Shown here: positions 1-12,992 of the stretch, in pieces
Layout: each line of letters opens with the position of its first letter
Numbering within the stretch: the stretch's first letter is position 1
Source: Phoronis australis
Taxonomy: Eukaryota; Animalia; Phoronida
Length of the DNA stretch: 64,000 nucleotides
Reading direction: 5' to 3'
Assembly: GCA_002633005.1 (NCBI GenBank)
Contig: NMRA01000193.1
Coordinates: 66,641 to 130,640 of the forward strand
Notes under the pieces: model-generated
The model's input: only the letters and a program-made list of their open reading frames with translations
Database searches by the model: none
What the model was told of the DNA's origin: nothing
Made by a program: the position numbers and the translations under genes

Positions 1-167
1 AGTATTTTCCTACTCCGTGTGTTCGATCTTCGATTTCGATGATTTTAACTTTGGCGTACAAGAAACACGCAATTGACGCTACCTCCGATCGCAGTTGTAA
101 TTCGACAGAACTAACAGTTGTGCTAATTTGCATGGAAGTTGAAGCATTTTGATCAGCGTATCCGCAG
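1..167 (+). other. Possible non-coding 5' exon, perhaps of the FOG gene
   Basis: Strong donor CAG|GTAAGA at 168; no ATG-initiated open frame reaches the donor within the window. Confidence 0.3.
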
Positions 168-3100
168 GTAAGAATTGGCGAAAGTTTATCTAGAATTTTA
201 AGAACAGATGTTCCAGACCGGTGCTTAAAAGCATCCCCGTACTATTTGACCGAAATAATTCATTTCTTATTAACCAATTCCATCTAAATTTTATTACTCC
301 AAATTTGCAAGTCTACTCCAATGTGAGTCTTTCTGAAGAATACTAATGGTGAGACCTTCGTTGTCTTTTTAAACCGGTTCTTGTCTTGCTGGTGAAAACT
401 GGAACTTATCATGACATTTGGTGAGTTGATGTTTCTTCTGAGACGAACTCCTGGAACTATCTTGATTTGATAAGGCTAAGGTTGGAACTGATGGATTTCT
501 GTTCGACACACTTGAGTTTTCGCGAGTCTTGTATTTTTCACTTGGGTTATCTATGGCCTGCAGACGCGATATAGTGATTTAATTGGTGAGCATCTTCACA
601 AACCGAGATTAAGCATTGCCAAATCTTAATTGCTTCGAATGAGTGAACACGATCTGATATTTGGATTTAATGCAAAGACCGCCAGTGCCTCCTATTTCTA
701 AATAAAAAGGTTTTGTGGCAACAAGTCTGGAATACAAGTCACGTTGTGCCCGCACTTGGCAAACCCTGCTCAAATTTCATGGAGTATCTTCTCGCAGCGA
801 TTGCGTCTCTCCATCCCTCCTTTCCATTCCTCCTTGCTTGCCTGCCTACCTGCCGACCACCCCCTCNNNNNNNNNNNNNNNNNNNNNNNNNNNNNNNNNN
901 NNNNNNNNNNNNNNNNNNNNNNNNNNNNCCCCCCCCCCTCCCTCACTCCATATCTACCTCCCCTCCTTCCTTCTATTATGTACATACTCCTTCAAGTTGG
1001 TAATTTTCCAATGAAAATATTTATCAGTGTACATATTTAACATTAGTCGACGATACTATGCCTGTTTTCCGTCAGATGGCGCCGTGATGTGAAAGATCTC
1101 CATCAAATCGAGCATTATACCTACATACCCACTTTATGTTTCACCGAAGCAAGTTTAATATGATACCTTTCTCCAACGATACGGTTTGATTAATTGTCTG
1201 AACTAATCTACCCACGGAATCAACTTGCATATCACTGAAATAAAGCGATAACATCGCATGTTTCATTTGGACGATAACTGTAGATAATTATCAATAGATA
1301 TGAACACGAAACGGGGTCAAAACTGGGATTTATCTATAAAGATAGGATTTGCATCCTAAAATTTGTCCAAAACTTTAGTATCAAAACTCCTGTCTGTTTA
1401 GTGGGCCAACCGTGCGAGTGTGTCAAGTCTTATACTGTATATCATGAACGCGCGCATTCTCACGATCAGGTGTAGCTGCGCCTACATCTACACGCTTATG
1501 CTTTGCGAGGCACTTTAGTAAAACCAAAATTGATATTTCGAGTAAATCTGATGTTGACTTGTTTTCATTTTAAGATTAAGTAATTGAAAATTACTTAGAA
1601 TTGTTTAATTTACAACACCCAGTTTGACAGTTGACTATACAAGGGACACTTGATAGGGAACGCCTGCTCCCGTAAGTGAAGCGTAGGCGCATTCGCCTGT
1701 GGGCGAAGTCGTGTAGAATGGTGAACATGTGTCAATTTTTACAAAAACAACTGGAATTTATCCTATCTCTTATTACGCCTCACTATCCCCGGAAAGAGTC
1801 AACACTAGTTACACCGGCCCGATCCTGGCATGTATCGATTTTGGCCATTTGTCCAGTCGTATCACGTGACTTCCTGGGCACCATGACGCGTTCTTCTCGT
1901 GCCCAGGTCCACAGCCGAGAACATAGTCCAAAACTGCTCGTAAATCTACTGAGATTGATTATCGCGGATAAGATAACGGGCATAATCTTATCAGCGACCA
2001 CTTGCAGCACGGAGTTAATTCTTTTATGGTGTCCCAAGGGCCCATAACCTTCTGAAGCCATTTTGGACCACTTCACAGTCATCTAGTGCTAGCATAAAAT
2101 GTGCTCCTATATGGTACACGATAATGGAAATATCACCAGTTGAACAGAGGGGCATAATTGCCCCCCCCCCCACCTATCGTTTCTCAAAACTTAACCCTTC
2201 TGACCATATACTTGTCTAGGTGATAGTTTGCCACTAATTACTAGCTTCCAACAAACAGATAGTTTGTAAGGGTCAACTTTAGCAAATCGCCTCAAACAAA
2301 AACATCGAAAACGGCATGTTGAGTTTTCCTGACCAAGTCGTATTTGAAAGACTGCTTGTATTTTCTCAACATGTACTGTTATAATAGAAAAGTACGTATG
2401 ATTAGCATGTTTGACATTGAGCTACATGTACCACAATTTTCTAGTTTTATCAAAACAAAGGGATTTTCGCAGGTCACTTAAATTATTTATTTTTTCTGTC
2501 TGTGGAGTTGGTTGCTTTTTAAGAAGGCCTGCGAAGTCGAGAAGAGTCGACTACGGTAGCACACAAGAGACAAGGAGAGGTTAACAGGCCTTGAATAATT
2601 TACCGCGTTTTCAACCGCAGGCATTTTAATACAGTAAATTCATCAGTAATAAACTGCTGCAAGAAATATGGTGTCTGTGACTTGACGTGGTCTTTTTTGC
2701 AAGTTTCGATCGTTTTGTTATTGACGTCGATTTAAATATCAAACGCGGTTTATCGGAGATAAGCCGGACACAAACGTAATTCTGAACATGGTTGTTGGCG
2801 ATAACGCTAGCAGTAATTTTCTATTTCTTTATGTTCGTGTAGATAGCATGATCACCCCTCTTGAAATGATAGATTGTATTGGAGTGCGAACCATTAGAAG
2901 CGATGGGTTCTCTGATAAGTCTGATTGGATTTGTGATAAAGTTATGAAATATCAAAGCCTGAAGCAAGATTTATAATTAACTATTCCATAACTAGAGCGC
3001 ACGTCCCTTTAATGATAACTTAGGGCGACTCTTTGATGGAACAGAGATTGTTTTTGTAGTTTGCCCTGAAACAAAAGCTACAAACTGCCACAGACTCATA

Positions 3101-3186
3101 TAGGGGCTGATTTGAGGAAATTTGAGGAGGGGGGGCGGTGACAGTCCGAGTTGTACACGCATAGATGATTTTTAACATTTTGGTGA

Positions 3187-3285
3187 TAGTCACTTACATG
3201 GGTACTGCATTTTGAGAACCAGTTTTCTCTAATGAATAAGAGTCGTCAAACTGGTTCTCAAAATGTGGGATCCCTGTAAGTGACG
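3187..3285. mobile_element. Small fold-back (hairpin) MITE
   Basis: GTCACTTACATGGG..CATTTTGAGAACCAGTTT is inverted against AAACTGGTTCTCAAAATG..CCCTGTAAGTGAC. A related copy lies at ~47495-47600. Confidence 0.6.
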
Positions 3286-6200
3286 GTTGACAACATTTTC
3301 TTAAGGAGGTGATGGTCAGTGACCCAGTTTGTCCCCTGGTCATGCTCAACATTAGAAAATGGAATAGTCATTTAAATATATATAAGCTTTAGCCATTGCT
3401 AATTCACTTGCTATAATACTGATGTTATACTATCTCTTCTACATGTTGTCAACTTTCGGAGCATAAAATGACCCGCCGGGTCAATCCAACTAATTTAGCG
3501 TGGTTTCAAGCCATGGCAAACTGTCTTCCCACAGAGGACGGCGACCGTTAAGTCCAATTGTTAAGACTGCATTCCGTGACCATGGGGGGGGGGTGCCTTG
3601 CCCCTCCTATTTCTTCAATGGTTAGCATTATGTAGATCATCTTCACGTTGTTGCAGAACATTGCGTCTTGATTAGCGCTTGAACAATTGAATCGACGCAC
3701 TTAACCTTATCTCGATATAGTAACCGGCAACTCTCAACTATAATCAATAGAACTATTTTCCCCTTGCCTTCTGGATTTTTGCGATAAAGTGGATAAAATA
3801 ATAACTTCTGCTTAGTGTTTTTGGACAGCTTGCTTGATAAGAGAACTTTGAATTGGTTAGAAATAATGTCGCTGCTTGTCTGGCTTCCATCAGCCTTATC
3901 GCCTTAAGTCCCGATACTACTCGCTCTCTTCTGAACTTATCTTTACGCACCAAATGGCGTTTCTTGCTTGATTTTTCAGGTCGAAATGTCTGCAACTAAA
4001 AATTCGATAAAATTCTTGATTAAGGACCGATTTTCACCAGTACAGATACACGGTAGAGTCTGATTCTGATTCAAATCGTGCATATTAGTGTACTCTACAC
4101 CAGTCAACTTCCACCTTGTTTTTTCAAAGTCTAGCTCCGAACTAAAGATCTCGCCTGCCCTTCATTGTGAAAGGTATGAAGTAAAATCATTTAATTTGGA
4201 TTTATTGTAGGATCAAATGGAGGCCCTCCTGTATTTCGGACCAACGCTCGATGTACGTCACTGTCGCAAATGTATTCGACTATATTTTGACGTTGTGGAT
4301 AAAGCACTTGCAAACTTTTAGTCGAGCTTGCCGATGTAGACAGGTTTGCCAAACGCGACAAAACAATTTGGCATTTTTATGCAAAAGTTAAGCAGATTTT
4401 GCTAGTGTAGATTGGTTGCCAAAACTCTCCAAAACTTCAACTTCGTGTTCTCAAAAGAAAGTTTGATAGAGTTTGCTAGTGCGTGTACTCGCCCTTATAG
4501 AGAATTGGCTCAAAACAGCACCATTTTTAGAGTTAGTATGATTAGAAGGGACCCATTTTTGAGAACGTTTGTGAAAAAATCCGACTCTTACGTAGTTTTT
4601 TTCTCATGTCATAATGATTAGCTGAGGATACAAACCCTTCAGAATGCTTTTTATTCAATGGAAATTCATGCAACATGACTTTTGATCGTAGAGCAATAGT
4701 ATTAAAAGGTTATGAAATCCTGATGTGAAGTTTTGTTACAAAAATAAACACTTAACCCACAACCCATCCTTCTAAGCGTTTTATCCCGTACATGTCTTCC
4801 ATGTACGTACTCCCTGGGGCTACCCTCAACTTGGTATCATCAATGGATCAGCCTCTTTGCTTATGGGGTTCATTCTGAATACAGAATTAACGGAAATTAA
4901 TTGAAATTCCGCATATTTCTCTATCACTCCTCGGTTGCGATGAAAAGATAAGCACTTGAAATTACTTTTGTACAGCAAGATTATTGATAATATTCTAACT
5001 CTTGGCTTAACACAAAGCCATAAATTTTATGGTCTTCTTTAGAACATTGTCTTATCTGTTCATGTAATTTCCAGAAGGGCGATAGCGGGTTATCTTTTAG
5101 ATAAATGAAGCGAGCACTCCCAGTTATTCTGAAGTACTGCGCATACAGAATGAACCGTCTTCTATTCATTTATGTGTGAAACATGTATTTTGCACGCGGG
5201 TTTAAGCGGCATTGTCTGACACTCTGAACAGCCGTGGTTGAGAGCGCTTCAATGCGAACGCTGTTAACCAAATTTTGGTATTTTTCTAATGTCCTACGTA
5301 ACCTTAACTATCCAATGCTGTTACCAGTGTGCGAGAGAGCAATACAAGATTTCGTAAGAATACGTGCCCGTTCAGAAGACAAATGTGTGATTGTTTGGCG
5401 TTGCTTTGCACGTGTGGTCGACCTACCAAATTTGTGGTAAAGACTAACTCCTGTCATCATTTTGATACTCTGGTTCCTGCGGTAAAGTAGATTCTACTTC
5501 TTTCGCTGGAGCTAGCGAACCCTTTCAACATAAAGCACTGTTTTTATCATTTTCATAAATAATTTTAAAGAGTTATGGAGAGGCATAGCTGAGGGATCAC
5601 AAAAATTGTATTTAATAAGTAATACCGTATTGCTGTCAATGTTCTAACTACGCTATCGATAATTTCGTATAATGATGTTGTCAAACATGCAGGTGACACA
5701 ATATTGTACGATTGTCAAACATAGTCGCCTAGTGTACTCCATCAAAAATAAACCCGTGTCAGTAACACTGTCCAGCTGGAATCGAGTCTGTGGCTACCCT
5801 CAGTAACTACAACAGGGTATGTTGTAGAGCAAACTTTCGCTTTAATATTTCAATAGTTCGAAAGTGAATATTATTGAAATTTGCTTCTTTTTAAATGCCC
5901 AGCATGTTAATAACTAAAGCTTTTGAGACACATTTTCCAGTTGAATGGAAATTTCGATTCTTTCATGATTCATGTCTATCGGAGCTGATGGGGCATTATG
6001 ACAAGCATCTTTCCCCCGGAAATAGCGGTTAGTGGCGAACAATATGACGACGAACTTGGCGAAATACAAGCCAATAGAAGATTATTCAAGTTGAACATTT
6101 CTGTTTTGACCCGGATTTATTATCATTTTGCTTGTATTATTTTCATTCATTGCCCTGGGTATCTACTGGTCTTTTAGTTAGTTCATGCACGTATTATTAT

Positions 6201-9030
6201 CGAGAAGTGACCGTTCAAAAATAAAAGATGCTATAAATCCATCTTCTGTTAAAAACAACGTTGAATTACTCTCTGGGCTTGAAAAGAACTGAAAATTCCT
6301 TGCCCTGGCGCGTTCTGTAAACCCAAGACACTTTTCTCGAGAGAAACTTGCTCTACGGAACGTGACCCAAAGTTGCGTTCTGTTGATCCAAGACACTCCG
6401 CGCGAAACTGTTGTGTCGAGAAGTTTCCAGGCCTTATGGAGCGTTACAGTTGTGAATTCTATCCCATAATTCAACATTTCAACCTCAATGATCAATCTCT
6501 GCAGTGGCCGTCATTTCACAAGGGTACGTTAGTAAGTGGTGCTTTCCGCAGACCGTACGCAAGAGACTCGCGAAAACCCGAGATTACTCAAGTTTTCGTG
6601 TGATATCCCCATGCACTATAGGTAAAGCACGTGATCACATAAGTTTCTCTGTTTTCTCGCGATTGTCGTGGGTCCTGCGAAGTCACCCAAGTTCCCAAAA
6701 ATGGAACTTGCGAAACGCTCTCGTGATTGTGATCGGTATTGTGTGATCTTGTTTTGATGAGATTCTTGTCGTTTCTGTGGAACGCACCCCATATATTATT
6801 TCTCATCTAATAGTAAGGAACAAGTTGAGAAAGGTTTTAAAAGTTTTTCAACTTAAGTGATCTAGAAATTTAATTTTTGAAGGCGGATTTATAGACCCTT
6901 TAAACGTCTGATATGTTTGGCAATTCCCCACGCGGTTTATTATCAGCGAATTCCCACAGCTATTTTGTTGTCATTCCATATCGGGTTTGTGAATTTTATC
7001 TCTGCACGTAAAAATTAGTCTAAACAAGCTAAATTCGTTGGAAAATAAACTGATAACATTTATGACAACTCAGATAGTACGCGTCTCATGTTCTTATCGA
7101 AGTGGTCTATTTTGGCAGTAGCCGCAGGAAACTCACATATTATTCGACACTGATATAAAGCTGTTGAAAATAATCTATTCAGTAAATATCGCATTTCTCT
7201 GACCCTTTGGTGAGAATGCAAAAGTTGGGTCACCTATCAAGGCAATCTTGAATCAGCGTCACCTACAGGATGTTACGGGCTGGACAATCCGCTGGCGAAG
7301 TTGTATTATTCATGGTCACGCGAAAAGAAGATAAGGCTAGTGGTTCTGGGATTTTCAGTGGAGGCTCGTTTCGTACTAGGAAATCGTTTATTGAGTGCTA
7401 TTAAACTCCCCGAACCCCACTGCGCTCCCAGTGCACAAGACAATGACAATGACAACCCACGTTCTCTTTGTTATTTGGACACACCGTAGGTTAATTTGAA
7501 TTTGAGTATTTCTTATTTAGCTGCAACCAAACACTGCTGCCAATACGCACCAGAATGCACTGAGAATAAAACTCGTTTTGGCCTCATGACATTATGATAA
7601 ACATTTGTTTCAAAGTTTGTTTGAAACTTCTTGCTGAGTTGCACCAAGATCTTGCGCTAAATTGTGGCACTGAATCGTTTTGCCGATAGCTTCTGACATC
7701 TGATAACAAATCACGTGAAGGTCTCTTGTGAAAGTCAGTTTATTTATAAAGCACGCTTTATCGGCCGTGCCCATCTGGGTGTGTTATCTTGAGCGCATGT
7801 TTTGACTCAGTAACGCGAGAGTTTCAATCGAGCAAGGACTCAGTAAAGCTGATAACAATCTAGACACAAAAGCTCAAATTTCAAGAAATAAAGTTTGCAA
7901 TCTGTGTACGCGACCTGCAATGCTGTCGTGAAATCTTACCAATCGATTTGCCGTCGACTAGGTTCCGTTTCCAAATTCTGAGACAGCTCAGAGAATAGCT
8001 TTACCACTGACTGTTATTCAAGAGGGGTTGAATTGTGGTGGGGCCCAAAAGAAAACTAATGTGTTTAAAGAACAAGTGAGGCCAGAAAACGAGTAAAAGC
8101 ATTTTAATCAAATGCTCACTAGTGCAACTAAGATTCTAACGTGGGATTGTATGGTGCACGCTTTAATTTTCGGAATGCAGAACGAGACCTGTTTGACACG
8201 CTGGCGGCGATTTTATCGCCGCGCCATATTACGTAAAAGCAAGGGAAATGCCTTCGAAAGACTCCAACAACTCAGGGTCGAGTTTAACTAGACGACGCGA
8301 TGAAGATAGTAACTTAAACTTTCAATTAGGATCAAGAATATGAAATATAGTATTGCACTCTCTCGCGGAGAGTCCCTTATCGAAAATCTGTCGCGGATGA
8401 GTAATTTTCAGTAAGACCAATATTTCTTGTGTGTAAATTAGACATTGTCTGAAAATCCAAAGAGTATTGTTACTTATGACGAAATTATAATGTCCATGAT
8501 TATTTTGTTGCGAGTGGTGACATTTGCTTTATTGCGGCTTTGGTATAAAAGCATTCTTCTGTACACGATGTTGGTCGCCGGCGGTCGTTTCTGAAAGGAT
8601 GAGGTCATTATAACTAGCGATTTGAGATAGCAGAGATGACACTGTATAGATAAGATCGACAGTTGGGTCTCTAGCCAGCCATAACGATTAGATATGTATA
8701 GGCGAGGAAGCGTTATCTTATCAAACAAAGCTTTGCTGAAAAATAACCGGCGCTCTGGACAAGTAAAGCATGGCGCCTGATCTATAATTGGCGCTGTTGG
8801 AGTTGTTGAAACACGCTGGAGTGTAGATCGTATTTGAATCGTATTTAGTTTCATTAAATCGATAAATATTTCTGTTTTTCACGTTTTATGGTGACATGAA
8901 GAGGCCGCGTACTAGCGTCATCTATTGGGTGCTCGTTTCATCGCAAGCGAAAAATGCTAACCATTCCCGCTCACAAGACGAGAACAGTCTTTTACTTTTG
9001 CTGTTCGTGACTTACTATCTTGATCACAGC

Positions 9031-9043
9031 ATGGAGTCCCTTG
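9031..9043 (+). CDS. Candidate first coding exon of the FOG/ZFPM gene (M-E-S-L + 1 nt)
   Basis: ATG GAG TCC CTT G followed by a GTATGT donor at 9044. Phase 1 matches the acceptor at 10162 and gives a continuous 1131-aa frame. Exons 2-5 have no in-frame Met, so an upstream phase-1 exon is required; a different exon outside the window is possible. Confidence 0.45.
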
Positions 9044-10161
9044 GTATGTTCGAGTCACGCGGATTCCTTGCCAATGCTTCACAGATTGAGCCAAAGACGC
9101 TATTATATGTAAATTCCGTATCCTGGAACAAACTATTAATATGGAAAAACCTAATTATATATGTATTCCACCTCTCATCACGGGTCATTCATCAGTCGGC
9201 CAGCAATTCCTGCTTACAGTGAGGTCCACGCAATGGGCGAACTTACACACGGTTTTAGACTGAACCACTCCCAGACAGTATTGGATAAAATAAACTCTCG
9301 GCTGACGTCACTGCTATCGATTTTCTCATTTTACGATACCTTCGTTTGTCAAACTTCATTTCTGACAAACGATTTTTTTCTGTTGAATTTCTCTTTCGAA
9401 AATATTCACAAAAGCACTAAAACTGCTGTTTACAGGCACAGCGTGGCATGCTTTCGCTGTCTCCCTCGTGTCACGTGACGTCAGACATTTCATAATCTTT
9501 ATCGCTCCCATCCATCTGACAAGACATATGGAATTCTTTGCCGACGATAAGGGTTATCACATACACGGGCTTCATAAACAATTTGTCTTATCTGCAAAAT
9601 TTTGCTTGCCTGCGTGCTTAAACTCCAGTTATCAGTTGTCGATAAATAGGCGATAGTGGTCCAACAAAATGCCACGTCCGTCCTTTCTGAATTTAACAGA
9701 TGGTTTGTACTTGATTGCCATCGGGCTTTTACCCGTACCCTTAAAGTGTCGTTTAATCAGTTAGAGCCATATCCCTAGGACATTGTGCAGCAAGCATGCC
9801 ATGGGCTTCCATTCGATGACTTGGCATAAACATTTCAGAACTTCACTAATTTATAAAAGTTTGTAGGGAAATGAATAACTAAAGGACTTGTAAGAGACAT
9901 TCCTTTGTACCCTTGGATTCTGGAGCGAGTTTTCTAGCTGCACAATGAGATCATCCTGTAAGCAATCATGTCAATGAATGATGCAGGCTAATCTATAGTA
10001 TATTGACTTTTATGACTGGTTTGCGTGTATGCAAATTAGTCGACAATGCAAACGTTGGTACGCGAGCAGTTCAGCGTTGAGAACCGTCAAGTATGTGCGC
10101 GAGTCATTGGTATGTCGGGTTTGCATAAAACCTCTTGCAATTCTTTATTGTTGTTTTAAAG

Positions 10162-10343
10162 GGAAATCCGAAGACGAGGACCTTCACCTTCCGCCAGGAA
10201 TTCTGCAGTCGGGTGGAGGTAAAGACAGCGAAGACCCTGCTATCCGCTCTGTTATAGCGCTCCCCCGAGGAAGCAGTTTTGGTCCATTTAAAGGCCATGT
10301 CATTGACGACATTGGAGAGAGGGATAGCGAAAATGTTATTCAG
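10162..10343 (+). CDS. ZFPM: FOG/ZFPM exon, first part of PR/SET-like domain
   Basis: ttttaaAG acceptor and CAG|GTACC donor. Encodes GKSEDEDLHLPPG...IRSVIALPRGSSFGPFKGHV..., matching the PR-domain 'P.G..FGP..G' signature. Confidence 0.85.
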
Positions 10344-10500
10344 GTACCTACATTTAACTTTATCTGACTTTTGAGTAGAGTAAAATCAAAGACAGATGAA
10401 AGGAGGTCAAGGACACGCATTTGCCAAATTTTTGATTCTCAGTTGACATTAGTTGAAGTTTTAGTTGTTGAGATACAGCTTTGGTGGAACATAATGTGCT

Positions 10501-10811
10501 CATAGGCGGATTTAGGAAAGTACAGNCCCCCCCCCCCTGAAATTCTCCCATATTCCATTTGGCAGTTTGGGATGCGAATTGCTGACTAGCACTGACATGC
10601 GCGAACACAGCCTAGGGGGCTCGGGGGCGAATGCAAAATGCATAGATCTTGAACAAACCCCGTTTGTTTTTGTTTTAGTAATAAGGTTCACAAACCCAAA
10701 AATTCGAGACCCCCTACATCCCTACATTTTAGGTTGGGCTCGGGCATGAGGCGAAATTCTTGTTATTCCTGTGCCCTGCCCCCCTAACTCAAAATCCTGG
10801 ATCCTCCCCTG
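10501..10811 (+). mobile_element. MITE with CA-initial, TG-final termini in FOG intron
   Basis: Termini CATAGGCGGATTTAGG ... CCTGGATCCTCCCCTG; both ends match the reverse complement of 11262-11428. Confidence 0.7.
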
Positions 10812-11062
10812 ATATTGGCGCCGACATGCCGGTTTTAAGGATATCACGAAGGTTTTATTCCTTGGGAATTATGGTCGGGTGCCCCAAGCGACATCCTATA
10901 TCCGCTAGTGAATGCAAAGTAAGTAAAAAACAGTAAGCCTGTATTGATCAACTTAAAGTTCTCAGCTAGACATGTAATCTTATTAAGATTTAAATAGAAA
11001 CCGAATAGTTCTGAGCTTCTTTATCTCATGTCAAATCTTTTTAATTCTTGCTCGTGCTTCAG

Positions 11063-11180
11063 CTGAACCGTTTGGACGGCACCAAAGTTTGGTTGAAGCT
11101 GGAAGCTGAGGAAGGCAATTGGCTCAAGCACGTGGTGACCTCAAGTGACGGAAACCACAATATCAGAGTTTCAATTCAAG
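11063..11180 (+). CDS. ZFPM: FOG/ZFPM exon, middle of PR-like domain
   Basis: gcttcAG acceptor (phase 0) and CAAG|GTATGG donor (phase 1). Encodes LNRLDGTKVWLKLEAEEGNWLKHVVTSSDGNHNIRVSIQ; NWLKHV resembles the PR-domain NWMRYV motif. Confidence 0.85.
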
Positions 11181-11261
11181 GTATGGCCGCTGTAGTGGTT
11201 GATGTAGTTTTAGCAAATGTCGTGCAGTGGACGTCGCACACTCTAGCAAAACTAGACTATA

Positions 11262-11428
11262 CAGGGGTGGATCCAGGATTTTGAGTTGGGGGTGGGGGGG
11301 GCAGGGCAGAGTATTAGCTAAGATTTTGCCCGTCAGCCATTCGCATCCGCGAGCTGCCAAATGGAATCTGGGAGAATTTTAGGGAGGGGGGAGCATGGCC
11401 CTCTTGGCCCCCTCTAAATCCGCCAATG
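11262..11428 (-). mobile_element. MITE of the same family in opposite orientation, 5-bp TSD CTATA
   Basis: CTATA|CAGGGGTGGATCCAGG ... CTAAATCCGCCAATG|CTATA. Confidence 0.75.
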
Positions 11429-12758
11429 CTATATGTTGCAATAAAGAAAACCAGTAAAGAACGCGTGGGAAGAAATTCCACTGTCACCTATTCTTCCCAC
11501 CCGGTCGTCACTTCTTGTATTTACACAATCACAAGAACACGATATCACCAATCCACCGATATTACAAACCCAAACTACTACCCAGACGACACCAGAATAT
11601 ACTCCTGAACAGAATACCCACTGGAGACTATACTTTAGAAGGGAAATATCCACCCGAGGTGATACCTGACGGGGTAAAATATCCACCTCAGTATCGGATA
11701 TTAAGAGGGGTTTACACCCCCTGTGGGCACGTCCTCTTACGGTACAGCCCGGAACCGAGATGTGCATTTAGAAATTTTAAATCTTACACGTTTAGGCACT
11801 TCATCTTTTCTTTTCATTGCAGAAACTAAAACGTTTTCGCACAATTTACAATTTAACCCAAACCAAGTCAAAGTGACGCTAGTGCGCTGTGAAGATGTTT
11901 TGTGGCAGCCCATAAAAGATTTTTTACAAAGGCTGTTTGTTTAAACTGGTCGTATCACTCTTTGGCGAGGTTTGCTTCGATCTCGGAATACTAGAATAAT
12001 AAGCTCGGTTACGTAGAATACAAAAAACGGCTGATTGGATTTTTTGTTTGATAATTATTCTAGGTAACATTCTTTTATAACAGCCATCGTTATTCATAGG
12101 CATGAGTAAAGTGCGTTTTGACATTTTTAACGGCAAATAGTAGTTATGTGGATAGGGTGCATCAAAACAACCAAGGTAGAGTCTAATCAAGTATTGAGTC
12201 TAATTATTTATTTATTATGGTTATAAGATAGTTAAGAGTAATGCGAGTATTTCAAAAGGTACCAAGCTGTGTTCATATTTTTAAAATATGTATAAATATT
12301 ACTTTCGTTTAGCCATGTTCTTTTGACCGTCCCTGTATTTGACAACCGGTAGTTGCACATTAGAGATAAACGTTTCGTGTTAATCTTGTTTTAAAAGTAG
12401 TGTAAATGACTACGAGAGGACAACCGGCAGTGAGTTGAATTTTCATTGTAATAATTGTATGTCGCATTCTCTAGTATTTTCCATTATTTATATATGTGTC
12501 AGTGTTGACTACCTGACTTTGGTGGCATGCATCTAGCAATTACACGCTCTACCCAAGCCAACAATAGCATGTTGTATATTGGAAGTGTCACCGTATGTAT
12601 GGACATAAATGACGCCTCCAACGATTACCAGGGTCATGGTTACAGTGCACCCGCTACTTGTCATCATCCTTAATCACCAACAATGAACCCTTATACGAAG
12701 GGAAATCGTCATTTTAGCATAATTTCCTTTTTTTTTTCTTTTATCCTGTGGCAAACAG

Positions 12759-12992
12759 GTGTAAATATATGGGTTGAAGTCACTGACGGCATCGGAGATT
12801 CGCAAAAGCTAGTGGCAGTGTTTTGGAATTCTTCGGACGAGCGAGAAGAAAATTCACTCACAGACACTGACACTAGGGAACAGGACACGCATAGCTCTCC
12901 TCTCGCCTCTCCCCCGTCTTTGGACGAAGCAAAGGGAAGCATTGTCGCTCCCCCAACGTCGGCGATTTCACACGGAACAAAACAGCTTCATC
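12759..12992 (+). CDS. ZFPM: FOG/ZFPM exon, end of PR-like domain plus acidic/Ser-Pro linker
   Basis: Long polypyrimidine tract with acAG acceptor and C|GTAAGT donor, phase 1/1. Encodes GVNIWVEVTDGIGDSQKLVAVF... Confidence 0.85.

Larger units (their letters stand above)
1240..9660. promoter_or_regulatory. Clusters of GATA motifs upstream of or within the 5' part of the FOG gene
   Basis: Examples: AGATAATTATCA (~1283), TTATCGCGGATAAGATAA...CTTATCA (1959-1993), TTATCGGAGATAAG (~2750), AGATAAGAT...TTATCTTATCA (8648-8723), GATAAGGGTTATCA...CTTATCT...TTATCAGTTGTCGATAAA (9546-9646). Confidence 0.55.
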
